A stretch of DNA of 64,000 nucleotides from Paraphysomonas bandaiensis (Eukaryota; Protista; Chrysophyceae), in NCBI GenBank assembly GCA_965644295.1, contig CBFFRP010000298.1, forward strand, positions 625,505-689,504, in the 5' to 3' direction. Of this stretch, positions 1-12,500 are shown piece by piece (position 1 is the stretch's first letter; each line of letters starts with the position of its first letter). The notes beneath the pieces were generated by a model that did no database searches, was not told the origin of the DNA, and saw only the letters and a list, made by a program, of their open reading frames with translations. The position numbers were made by a program, and so were the translations under genes.

Positions 1-857
1 TCAGAGACTCTCGACTGGCGCAAACCCTTCACTCGACTCACGTGACTAGTAGCAGACTTGCGGCTAGTTCCAGTGGATAAAAAAGTAGACTTTTCTCTAT
101 TCGCTCCTCTTTTTGGCTTTTCCTCCTTCGGCTTCTCTGCAAAGGGGTCTTTCCAGTCCTTCGGGCGAGTGTATGTGACCTGACGCATAAACTTTTGCCC
201 CGCAAGCTGGACATACACGATTAAGCAGCAATGATACTCATATTAATAAGATTACCTGTCGCTTATAATCTTCTTCCCACTCCTTCACATGATAGTAAGC
301 GCCAGTTTTACGAACACGTTCAAAGAATTGTTTATTTCTTTGCTCCCTCAGTTTTTTGTTGAAAGAGTCATCATTGTTAAGTGTTGTTATCAGCTTCTTC
401 ATGTTTTGGTAGTCTTTATCAGTTATTCTTGGTGGGGCAGTCAATATACTGCTTATTCGTTGGAGTAAAACTCTGCACACGAATTATGCTATTTCTATAC
501 ACGCTGTTGCACAACGTACTTGTTTTGCCTCTCAATAGCATTGTTGCGTTCCGTTTTCTTGCTCTTTTTACGTGGGTTATTGGCTATTCTTTTACTGGCA
601 AGTGATTCTGGTACGGTATTATCAAGTGTCGGAGAGCTACCAGGCTAAAAAATAATGAGCTAACATAAGAGAACACATAATTCCTAGACCTCTCTATGCA
701 TTATTTTCTTCAGTCGAGCTAAATGACAATTGCGTTTATTCGTCAACTGAAACATACCATTAACAGACTCATCAATGTCATTATAACAGAATCGCACCGC
801 TTTCTCACGAAGAAATTTATTGCTAACAAGATCGTAACCACAGCGTCCTCTGTCCAT
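1..857 (-). CDS. CFAP97/KIAA1430-domain (hemingway-like) ciliary protein, multi-exon, 3' end runs off the window
   Basis: ATG at 857. Splicing four short GT-AG introns gives ...RLKKIM...TLDNTVP...RKKSKKTERNNAIERQNKVLLQRISSI...WEEDY, matching the recalled DN..P / IER.N..LL.RI pattern of the family. Confidence 0.7.
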
Positions 858-1104
858 TATAACCCTCACACTGTTTATACGACCAGTCCTCTTGTTCTAT
901 ATATTCAATACAGTCACACTTTAACTCATGCACACTCCGCTATAGATTTTATCTATAGGTCGTAGCTACTCGTTGCATACTATCACCAAGATATCGTGTG
1001 TATTGTAAATGAGGAGTTAAGTGAGTGGGCATTGAGTGGGTATGTGTATACTATGGCATATGAATATGTGCACACACATACACTATTATATATGGAATCA
1101 TACG

Positions 1105-1637
1105 TACAGAGTGAGTAGTATAACGAGATCGTGAAACTGAAATGAATAAAAAAAACGAACTTCTAAACTGGTTTTCAGATAAGGTGTTTTTTTGTCAAAT
1201 AAATACGGCTTTTATAGGATTTTGACACTTTCGAAAATATAAAGAGCGGTTATTGAGATTCTCCACACCTAAAACCTAAGAATTCAGGAGGTAACTGGGT
1301 GATATCGCAGCATAGCAGAGTGGAAGGGCTGGCTAGACAAGCAAGAATTCAGATTAAGACAATGGGATTGTTATAGTTCACGGAGAGAAAGCATTCTGTT
1401 ACCTAAAGTAAATTACCCATGTGTATATTCCAATAAAATGCTGCGTACCATTTCGCTTTCCGTACAGACAGTAACTTTTGTGAAGGAATTTACTGCTCTT
1501 GTGTTTCAGGACGCATATGCAATATAAAACATACATATTTCCAGCAGACTTTGTAATTTATTATGCGATTTATTAATGTGTAATTTTACGCTTTTTTAGA
1601 TTTGTAAAGCCACATACATATGTGAAACACCCTGTAC
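1105..1637. mobile_element. Possible degenerate Tc1/mariner relic
   Basis: Right end reads TACAGGGTGTTT on the minus strand (~1626-1637), a typical Tc1/mariner terminus. Left end TACAGAGTG is a weak match. An internal NWFSDK resembles the WFSDE motif. No intact ORF. Confidence 0.3.
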
Positions 1638-1976
1638 ATGTATTAAGGGTGTCATGTAAACACATAATAAATATAGACTTATTATGCCCAATGCTGGTGT
1701 ATGTCGCGTTTTAGAGCTGTAGTGGAAGTAATGCAGTTATCGCAGTGCCTGTGATTATCGAATTTATATTCCAGATACAATCAAAGAACCACAAGTATCA
1801 AGTGGGGAATTATGTTCATAGTTCATAGAGTACTTGAAAAACCTAGAGCGCATTGATATAGTGCTCATTCATCAATTTAGTGCTACAAAAAAGAGAATAC
1901 AATGGTTGTGTTTTAATTATAAACAGCCGTAATAATTCCAGAGTACATAAGGCTCCTATCTACGTTATATGTACTT

Positions 1977-2070
1977 AGGGTAGGGAACTGTATGTGCATT
2001 GTATTGGAATATATTGTAGAATATATTGATTGGTGGTAGACCAGAAAATATTCAATCAATATTGTTACCA
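1977..2070. mobile_element. Solo degenerate end of the hAT family found at 51486-53439
   Basis: TAGGGTAGGGAAC...GTATTGGAATATATTGTAGAATATATTGATTGGTGG...AATATTCAATCAATA aligns with the reverse complement of 53345-53439. Confidence 0.65.
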
Positions 2071-2240
2071 TTGATCTGACACACAATGCATTGGAATGAA
2101 TATATTATAGTCTTCACTCATCATAAATCGTACCAGCATCAAGACAAATGTTAAGAAATGGGAACATTCATTACACATCATTAAAACTGTTTTCACACCT
2201 ATTAGAACAAATTACAGAAACAGCACAATGCACTTAAAAA

Positions 2241-2960
2241 CTAGCCAGAATACTTTTCATCCAAAGATGTGGTGTCAAGTCCATAGTCTCCATCATTTTC
2301 TAGTTCTGGATGTGCTAATCGAAGTGCATCGGGGTGCCATCTCCCGGAGTTTTTTATCTTTTTCATACTTTGTGTGGACGTGATTGAGTCACCATCCAGT
2401 CTACCGGTCATTGAGGAACATGTGCTCATTTCGGTAGTATCTAAAATGCATCGAATCAAAGATTCTTCGTTAAATACCTTCTTGTTAGGGCGCGGTTTAC
2501 TCAACCGTTCAATCGAACTCTTCGGCTTTTTCCGCCTTGTTTCTTTGACAGATTTACCACCTGATGTATCCTTAAAAGATTTCATAAATTCAGACTCCTC
2601 TGAAAGTTGGTGCTCACAAACAGATCGTAAAGCTTCCTTGCGTTCCTCTAGCTCGCCCAGTTTCTCTTCCATGAACTCACTTCGCTCGTATCTCGACCGA
2701 ATGAGAGCCAACTCTGCTTTCATAACTCCGCGTGCTGTTTTTCTTCCAGCTTTGCGTGTGTTATTGATGTATTCATTCGTCAATGAACCGGTGGGGTAAA
2801 CCACACGCTTTGGTTCAGGATCAAGTCTGGTTCTAATGCCAGTGTGCCGCATGCTGAGAGTGACATCCGGTCGTATCTCATTGGGATCATTGCAGCCATC
2901 AGCAATAGGAAGATGTGGTAAACTGCAAAATTTATCCAAATATACACGATGCCCAGACAT
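2241..2960 (-). CDS. Hypothetical protein, 239 aa, basic with central coiled coil
   Basis: ATG-initiated uninterrupted ORF with an E/K/R-rich helical segment. No recognised family. Confidence 0.6.
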   Translation of the reverse strand: MSGHRVYLDKFCSLPHLPIADGCNDPNEIRPDVTLSMRHTGIRTRLDPEPKRVVYPTGSLTNEYINNTRKAGRKTARGVMKAELALIRSRYERSEFMEEKLGELEERKEALRSVCEHQLSEESEFMKSFKDTSGGKSVKETRRKKPKSSIERLSKPRPNKKVFNEESLIRCILDTTEMSTCSSMTGRLDGDSITSTQSMKKIKNSGRWHPDALRLAHPELENDGDYGLDTTSLDEKYSG

Positions 2961-3570
2961 ATCGATCGACTCAATGACCTTTTACAATAATATCACTCTT
3001 TCAATACTATCACTGGGGCATCTAAAACTCTTACGACATGCAAGTCCCTCAAACGAACAAGCAATATACACCAATAATTCCCAAAATCGATTTCTGTGGT
3101 CTCACAATACCTTTGGACCTACGAAATGGGAGTACTATATGCCTTCGTAGTGGACAAGGGACCCATCTGCTCTGCATATTAGCGTGGTGTGTGTATGCAT
3201 GTGTGTGTTATGCATACACCCCTCCTCTATGAAACCGCCTATACAAAGTATACTGTGTCGGTATTCTTGGTACTACATGAGTATTGTTCCCAATGCTGTA
3301 TACAGCAGTACAGTACAGAATTTCCCTGTACAAGGAATGGGAGATCCAGCCACACACCAAGACATATCCCGGGATTGTCCAGGCGAAGTTTTTTCAGAAG
3401 ATCTGTGTGAGGAAGATCCACTTGTGTGCTGTGTATGTGTATGTGACAATACAAAGACATGTAGATGAGTGTATGTTTGGTAGGAACTCATAACTAAATC
3501 TAACTAGAGTCTTCATAAGGAAACACAAGAATCAGCTTGCATGTAATTATATTGTAAATATAATTTTGAA

Positions 3571-6500
3571 ATGAATAATAGATTAAGATCTGAAGATAGC
3601 AGACGAAGGAGTATTTCACCTACAGAAGAGAGTGGTGTGTTTGTATTGCTTTTAATGGGCTCTTCTGATGCTGTTGTGTTGTAGGAACTCCATCTGTGTG
3701 GAATGTAATGTACAATGCCGTATTCTCCAGTGAAGAGGCTACTGACATGGAAAGCGAGTATGGTTATACACTCTCAACACATTTGTCCAGTGTATTTGAG
3801 CGTCATAATTCCGAGGCAATCGCACATGTAATGGATACCCTTCGCAAAGTAGCGAATAATGTAAGAAATTCAACGTTCGAACGACGGCAAGGCATCAGTC
3901 ACTTGCGTGCATGCATACGTGTGCTCAGTAGCTTTTTAGAAAAGCATGCTTCCCCGTATGATTTCCTGCTGTTCTTGAATGCTGTCTTTATTTTGAACGG
4001 AACTGCAATGGATTTTTTAAAGAAATCGGACATGAGGGAATACTATACTTTCGTGGATAGTGTGTGTTCTCTAACGGATCAAGCTTTCGTAAATCCGTTT
4101 CGTGACCCGAATACACATGAGGAAGATGACCGTGAGTACAATGGTAGTGTGGATGTATACAACCTTGTTGTTGGTATGAAGGATTATATCCCCTTGAAAA
4201 AGCTCGTCCATGATATTTCACGTTTCATCTCAGACATGGTTGAGAGTAGTTATGGTAGAGCATCGTGCAGGGATATCATATGGCAATGTTTCCTACTAAT
4301 TCTGATGGTGAAAATGCATATCGGTCCTCGTTCACCATACAATACTAGTGACTTCGTCATTAGTAGCGTAGTATTCGTCACCAATAAGATGCTTCCTATT
4401 TTGAGAAAATGTATGAGTGATTCTCTTGCTACTGCAGAGAACATAGGAATCAGCTGGCTACACTGCTGTGGTGACCTTTTGGCGATTAGATGTCTTCTTC
4501 TACCGATTGAGGTTGTTTGCAGCGTTGCGGTTTATGTCAGCGATACTCCAGCTTCCCTGCTAATGTTGCCCAAAGTTGCAGTGTTCGGTGTCAGAGCAAT
4601 GGAGGAAGTGAACAACCGTGGGAAAATTGAATTGATGCGAAATAGAGAGATGAATGTGCGGGATTGGGTTAAAAAGGTTGATACCCATCTAGCACACTGG
4701 ATATTCACAGTAATATCCCGCGCGCCACCTGAATACCAAGACAGTGTAGTGGAAAAATGGAAAATTGCGTTGTTGAAATGGACGAATGCCATGGATTCTA
4801 TGAGACGGAAGCCATACACTGGGAAGAATAGCCCTAAGACTTTGAAATTCTGGGAGTCTCTGTTGGAAAGGTTTGCAGTAATGGTTGAGGGAGATCGCGT
4901 GGGTACCGTAGTGGCAAGTGTACTGTGCTTGGCCGCCCCTGATTACTTTAAAGAATATATCCGCACTCAAGTCGCATCACTTGTTTCCAAGGAAAAAGTT
5001 AAGCTGAACTTTAACTTGCTCATGCAGTGTGGTATTACGCCATATGCTCTGACTAATCACAGGGTCGTGGAGCATCTCATCATCCGTGGTGTGAACTCAT
5101 TTTCACGGCAAGGCACATCTAGCAGTGACCTTGTTACCAAATATGCCCCAATGCTTGCCTTTCTAGATAGCACTGTCTACGAAATGAGAGAGCTTGCAGA
5201 GGAGGATCAGGCGAAGTGTGTACGCCATGTGTTGAAATATCTTGCGGTAACCATCGACGCAATGGCATCTGCACTGAGCCGACAATATCACTCAAGCCAC
5301 CGTTTTTCCATAACTCCCCAGGATTATACACTTCTTTATCTACTCATTCCATTTAAGCTCGCGGAGTTTGGGACTGTAGTTGATGTTTTCATTGATTCGG
5401 AAAAGGTGGACTTGGAGACAATTCGTCGAGCTCTTGCGTCGAGTGTGCACAAATTTGCAGCTGCATTGCTAGGAGAACTCCACCTTGATGGCGGGCGCCG
5501 TGCCCGACTGAGAGAGGAAGAGATGATGTGGCTTGCTGTTACAGATGGGGCTAAAGTGAAACGAAATCACCTGTACGGTGAAATGTCTGATATTCTGAGT
5601 TCTGCATGCATGGAATATATTTTGTCGAGCCATCGACAGCGAGCCCTCATGTGTAATTTGCGCACCATCGACACTCTTGGATTTGTCATAGGAAAGGCTA
5701 CGCGCTATTTACCAGTAAACTGTGATCAATGTTCAAGTGAAGAAGTTGTTTATATTCCACTCTTTTCCATAATGATGGCGTCCTATATGCTGTCGAATTT
5801 GCACGACGCGCTTACCGACAATGTTTTTGATTGGCCAGATAATACTCAAAATCTATTTTTCTTTTGTGACCACATTGTAGGAGGCGCTTGTGATGCATGG
5901 AATGTGGGCCCCTTGGATGAGAACAACGTTATATCTCAATTTTATCAAACTTATTTTCCAACCAATAGAAAAATCGACAATTTACTGGTGGATGTTAAAT
6001 CTATTACATGTGATATCATAATTCGACTGAATGAACCTGTCAACAATCATAGTCTCTCGCTTGCGCAATTGCGAAAGCTGGACTCACACCTTGACGAAAC
6101 GACAGCGTCGTGGGCTTATTGTAAGCTGGAAATGGTATTTGATCCACAGCTCTGCAATTTGCATGAAAAAATACTACTTCTCGAGAGTTTTTGCTCTCGG
6201 TTAAATCAATTGTACAGTGTGTTAAGTTGGCTTTCATCACTTGGTCTCTCAAAGAATATGAATCTGGTTCAAATTCCGACCGCTGATGATCTGGAAAATG
6301 AGCCTTGCGTCAATGTGGTCAGAAGAATGAAAGAAATAGCGAACATGTTAGGAACTGAAATACACCCTCCACTCTATGAGCTGGATAATGTGTTGACGCA
6401 ACTCTGTTACTTCATAAGCAGTGGTTCTAACTTGTATAGTCATCATTTTTCTGAGTATATTGCACAGCATGCTAGTGGAGGCGTGCTTCCTTTTGGTCAG

Positions 6501-9500
6501 AGAATGGGAAATTTGCTGCATGATGCTAACACAATGGCGATTGCAGCTCTTCGACGATTGTTGGAAACAGATGACATATCGTTGAGCGACTTTGCTGAGG
6601 GAGGCGTGGATGGATTTATGCAAGGACTGTGTGGTAGATCGAAAGAAGATGTTCTCAAGGAGCTGAAGATAATAACGGACTTCATGGAACCGAATACCGC
6701 TCAGAACATTGAAATTGACGATGTGCAGAGTAAAATGCTGCGCGTGAAGCATGCAGTGAAGCTTTTACGCATTCAAAGTGTTCTTGGAAAAGCTTTAGAC
6801 GCCTGTATGAGCCCTGAAATCGGCCTCATTAAAAATGTCACAGCACTGGGGTCTTCTACGTCTGATTTGTGTGATCTAGATTGTATTAGGCGTGATTTAG
6901 AAACTCCTGGCGCAATAAAACTTTCACAAGTGTCTCATATTTTGGTTAGGTTACAGCGGTTGTTAAATGGACTAGAGGTTTCACATTTACAATTGCTTGC
7001 TGAGTTGGCGAACTGTCATCAGCTGTTGGTGTTTCTTCAATCTGAGAAAGATTTCGAGGGGCAATTGCAACTCCACACGCAAGACATGCAGGGTACAGAT
7101 ATCGGAGAGAAAGTTTTAACAGACTTAGACATAGCACACAGATTTTTGAAGTCTTTGCAATTAACTGAGGCAAGAGGTGCTGGTCCAGGATTTACTCTGT
7201 CGAACTTGACAAGTTTACTAATTTCGGCCGTACCGTCAGAAGCAGATGCCCTTGAGAAACTTGCCGCGGTAACATCTGCTTCCGAACATATGGCTGAGAT
7301 ATCGTTGTGGTTTAGCGGGGGATCTGCAATATTTAATCTACAAAAGCTTCTCTCTATGGTTAGAAAGTACCTTACTGATGGAACATTTATCTCAATACTT
7401 TCTGATGATATCAATATGTCGTCGTTACAACTGCGTGTTAGGCGAACCGACACACGCACGGAAAATGTAAAATCAGAAGTTCTTGTCGAGTTAGTTCGAG
7501 GAGTTGTGCTCAGTAGGGGAGAGGCATCAAGTGACGAGGATCGACAAGTACTTGACTCCTTTTTAAGAGCCTATGATCATGCCCAAAGAACTCACAATTT
7601 ACTCATTCGTGCTAGACTTAATAGCGTACCACACTTTTATAATGTCAGCGTTTATGAAATCTCGCTTTCCACGGATTCTAAGGCCCATTCACAGGTAGAG
7701 TTGGAGATCAGCCAGTGGTATGAAGAATACACAGCGATGTTGAATTCTTGTAAACGCCTTCACTTTCTGTCTAGAAAGCAGATAATGACTTGTCTCCATC
7801 GACTGTTGTGTGACGGTAACACCACTAACCTCTCCGGTTACGTCCGAATGTGCTTTCCAGATATCGACGGGCAAGTACCTTCTATATTTGAACAGCTTGT
7901 CAGCATGCTTAAATCTGACAGCAAACATACATTTATTGGTAATCACGCTGAAGCTCTCCGAGAATGCCTGCGAATTTTCTGTGAAACTTTGAACAACTGT
8001 AACCAGATGTTATTGGAATATGGACTCATCATGGAAACAGAAAGTTACATTCCTACGAATAGTGGTGTAGATATCACGCAACCTATGCCAGTGGTTATTA
8101 AATCTTGTTCACGTTTGCCCCATGTGATTTATACTGAGCTTATTGAACGATATGAAGGCGCTCCGCTACCGTCGCAAGTATTGTGGTGCACACACAATAC
8201 CACTGCGGACGAACTGCGAGATTTCGTGTCTAGAGCTAGTGCCTGGCCGTCCATACGTTTTGCATTTATGAATGTTAACATGTTGCGTGCCATCTCAAGG
8301 GATGTCTTATTAGAAGCATGTCTCGATACGAATGCGGGCCTAGCACTTCATCCTAAAGTATTTCTTTTCTTTTCAGGAGATAATGGTCTCGATGCTTTCT
8401 CCGTTCTTCGGAACGAGTGTGTAGACGACAGTGATGTACAATCAACGTATTTGCGAAATGTTGATACTGCTTCAGGAATGAGCCAGCTGTTTCCTCAAGT
8501 TAACATCATTTCAGGAGGACCGTGTGTTGGAAAGTCTACGTATATACGAGATCAGCTCAAAAGTATTTTGGCGAATGAAGAGAATTCGAAGAGTTTAACT
8601 GTTAGTGTTCATGAGAACTTTCTCTTGAGCTCCTTAACACAGCAGTACACAGAGGAATGTGCATCTGCTACTGCTGTTGGTTTACACATTAACGTCTTCG
8701 CCCATTCCGTCTATCGCGCTGTTGATAAGATCGATTTACAGGAAGAAGAAAAAGAGTTAATATCCCATCTACATCGATCAACTCAGTTTTTACACGCCCT
8801 TATACACTGTGGACTTATTGTGGACGATCTATCGGGCACCGTTGTTCAACTGAATGCGGTATCAAAGCACTACTTTTTTCTTGAACTACCTTCAGTTTTA
8901 TATTGTGACGGGACATCGATTCGCACATGTCCAGCGCACAACACGCCATGTGAATCACATATATATGCTTCTCATTTATCTCCAGCCGTGCATGCAAAAA
9001 CATTGCACGTTGAAGTGAACAGCAAGAGTGTTCCGTTTAAAATATCTGAAGCTGCACGACTTGTCGCGTATTATGTAGACAAAGCAACAAACCATAGTCG
9101 TATCGATGAATATCCAACAGAAGCAATAGTGACACCTGATGTATTTTCTGATGCTGATGCGCGAAATGCACTCGAGGTAATTTGGAATAACGAACTGTTC
9201 GTCGAGGAACCTAACTATCGTACAAAAGATAAATTCATTCGCCTAATGATAATCAGAATTCGCTTTTTGATCGATTATGTTCCGTTTTTTAGATACGAAA
9301 GTCAGGAATCTCGTTGTTCAGACGCCATAAATAAGGCGGAGACACTAGCGCAGGACTGTATGAAGGTGTTCCTACAAGAAGTGATATCAGTGTGCAGTCA
9401 GTTGTCTGGGGATTGGTCAAAAGCTCCTTGTGCTTTTACGGTGAGGTATAATTCTGGAAGCAGATATCTATTAACATGTTTATGTGGAGACAATTACTTA

Positions 9501-12500
9501 CGCAAAATTCCACAAAATATGGTCGATACAGTTATGTATATTGATAACGCATGTGATAATCCTGCACTATGGGGAGAGTTGAGAAGGGAGGTCGCATTCG
9601 CATACCAAATGGCAGACACTAATCGTGCTCTCGAACTTTTACAAGCGCAAAATTATATTCTCACCCCTGATTTTGCTGTGAAATTGCTCGTACTAAAGGA
9701 TCTTCATGACGCAGGCTCCACTGTAGTTTTGCAAGGAAGTACAGGAACTGGAAAGACGGAACAAATACAAATGCTTTCTCTTTTACTGAATAACGGTAGC
9801 GATCTAACACCGATGATGACCCAAGAAATGTATTCTCTTCTCTCAGAACTTGTCGACTGCAATATTCTATCTCCAACGAATGAAAACCAAGCATTATTAT
9901 TTGAAAATAATGGTGAATTACGAAAAAACCAGAAAAATGCTTTTGATGTAAGTTCTTTTTATGTATTTATGCAAATGAATGATGTACTCTAATAGGCATT
10001 TTTGCTATATCTTGAGGATGCATCTGGCAATTTCATTGATGCAGCTGGTCCAGTAGTTGCGAACTACTTCCTGAAGTTTTACAAGAAATACAAGTATCTA
10101 CGGAAAACTGGTCTTGTCAAAAGTGTATTGCGTGCTTTTGAAGGGACTGGTGATAACTCAGAAGAAAATAGCCTTGAAGCAGTTCCTGATGTTTTTGATA
10201 TTGCTGATGCGATGACAGCAACTGACACATCTGAATCGGCGGTTTCTGGACGTAGCGTGTTCAAATCGTGTGGCGAAATGTTGTCATTCTTACGTGAAAT
10301 TTCGAGTGAACTGGAAGATATTTTTTTTGTTATTCGCATGCATGAAGGAATAACAGCGAACCACTGGCGACAAAAGGTGTCTCGCATAGAGTGTGCAGCT
10401 CTTCGTATGCCAGATATCAATATTGTGGCCTTTGTTGATGAATTGAATACATCTGTCATTATGGGAATGGTAAAGGAAGTAATGATCGATGGAACCATGG
10501 ATGGTCGCGTCTTGCCATCAAATATATTTTGGGTAGGTGCAACCAACCCTGTTTCATCCCACGATACACTTTCAAAGGGCAACGTGCCTAGTTTAGATTT
10601 GACTTTGTCTAATGTGGGAATTGATGACGATGATGATATCAATGAGTATATTGTAAGATCTCTTCTACCTTCATTTGAATGTACTGTGCTTGGTGTGGGC
10701 AGCCTCGCTGTGGAGCAGGAGAAGAATTTTCTTGCGGCATACTTGTTTGACAAAAACCTTGGGTTTGCATCCGCTATAGGGCAAGACCGGAATATACTTC
10801 CGTATACATGGTTTTCGTTTATGAGGAATTTTATATTAGCATCGCAAGAATTTGTTCGTAAATGCGGTATGCACAGAACTAAAGTCAGTATTCGCGACTT
10901 AATGCGAACATTGCAGCTGTATCAGGTTTTCAAATTATATTTTATTTAACTCTTTCTAAACTATGTATTACAGTTTTTCTTGAATCCTCGAATTTCAGAT
11001 TTCTTCATTCCACGAACGAATGCGACTTCTATAAATCCTTCAATCACAGATTTCACGTGCGTGTGCTGGTGTTCGCTTTGCCTTTCTGTCGCTACAGTGT
11101 ACTATTTGCGTCTCAGTAGTGGCCGGTCTAGAAATGGCATCGGTGTCAGCACTGAGAGTGGAAATGACTTGCGCTCTCTCTTTGTCGCGAATCTTTTTCA
11201 GGTAATATACGAGTATGATGAAATAAGCCAGTTGAACGAACAGCTTCCGTTTTTGGGGGTATTTGAAAGCTCCTTGCTGCATGTCTTTCAGTCCACTTCT
11301 ATTCCAGCTGGAATAGCGCCTACACGTGCCCTTCAAGAGAATGTGTTTGCATGTGTTACTTGCTTTTCGGCCTGCTTACCTGTAATAATAACTGGACCTC
11401 CAGGGTGAGTGACATATCTAAGAGTGAGTGACATTGTGACATATAGTTATCGTGTATATAGGTGTGGCAAGACTTTAGCAATGCAAATTGTGTTAGATAA
11501 TATGAAAGGTGCGTCATCTCCCAACAGTAATTTTCAGCGATTAAAGAATGCGAACCGATTTACGTATCAATGTTCTGAAGGCAGTGCTGCGAGTGAAATA
11601 AAAGCTGTGTACGAGAATGCTCTTCAGCGACATTCCCGGTTCACTCGTGCAAGGATTTATTCTGAACGGTGTGTGGTGTGTTTAGATGAAGCATCTCTTC
11701 CACGTAAGCGTCGAGCTGCTCTGAAGGTCACACACTATTACTTAGACAGGTCTCGTGATTCCGACCGTCCAGTAGTATCAACTATTATGTTGACCAATAG
11801 GACACTAGATGCAGCGAAAACAAATCGTGCTGTACAACTATTACAGTCGATGCTATCTTCCGATGACCTGTATGCTTTGGTGAAAGGTTGTTTAATGACC
11901 GGTGGAAGAATCCCGCATACTCAACAGACTATGATAAGAGGGTTATGTAATGCTTTCCAAACAATCGAACAGCTTTATGATATTGAAGGGAGAAAAAATG
12001 TATTTCAACTAAGGGATTTTATCTTCTTTTTGCGATACTTAAGACGAGGTATATTATCAAAAGCATCACGTGGAGATGGCGCAGCACGATTAGCAATTTC
12101 AAGCAATACTTTCGTTCTGAGTGCGATGGATATAGTGGCGTCACTTCGTCGAAATTTCAATGGCATGCAGCCATCTCAATTCGAAAATATAGTGAAACAC
12201 TTTTTGAGACACACTGGTCATGATCAAGTTGTCAGCGACCCGAAGCTATCTCAATCTGGAATGTTCGAGCCTAAAGTATTAGAGACTTTGAGAGAATCTT
12301 TGGATGACAGTATTGAGGACGGTGAAAATCCGAATCACTCTGCATTTAGACATATAATGATAATTGATAAGACTGACACCGAATGTGGGATTTCCCTTCT
12401 TTTTGATATGAAGTTTCTTAACCCAGACACGACTGACATTTGTCATTTAGCTGATTTCTCTGATGACACACATGACCGACAGAAAAGTGAACTTGCGGCT

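Noticed and set aside
3038-3493. Small overlapping ORFs as extra 5' exons of the RNF213-like gene
   Set aside because: No convincing in-phase splice path to 3571/3685. Cannot be excluded without RNA data.
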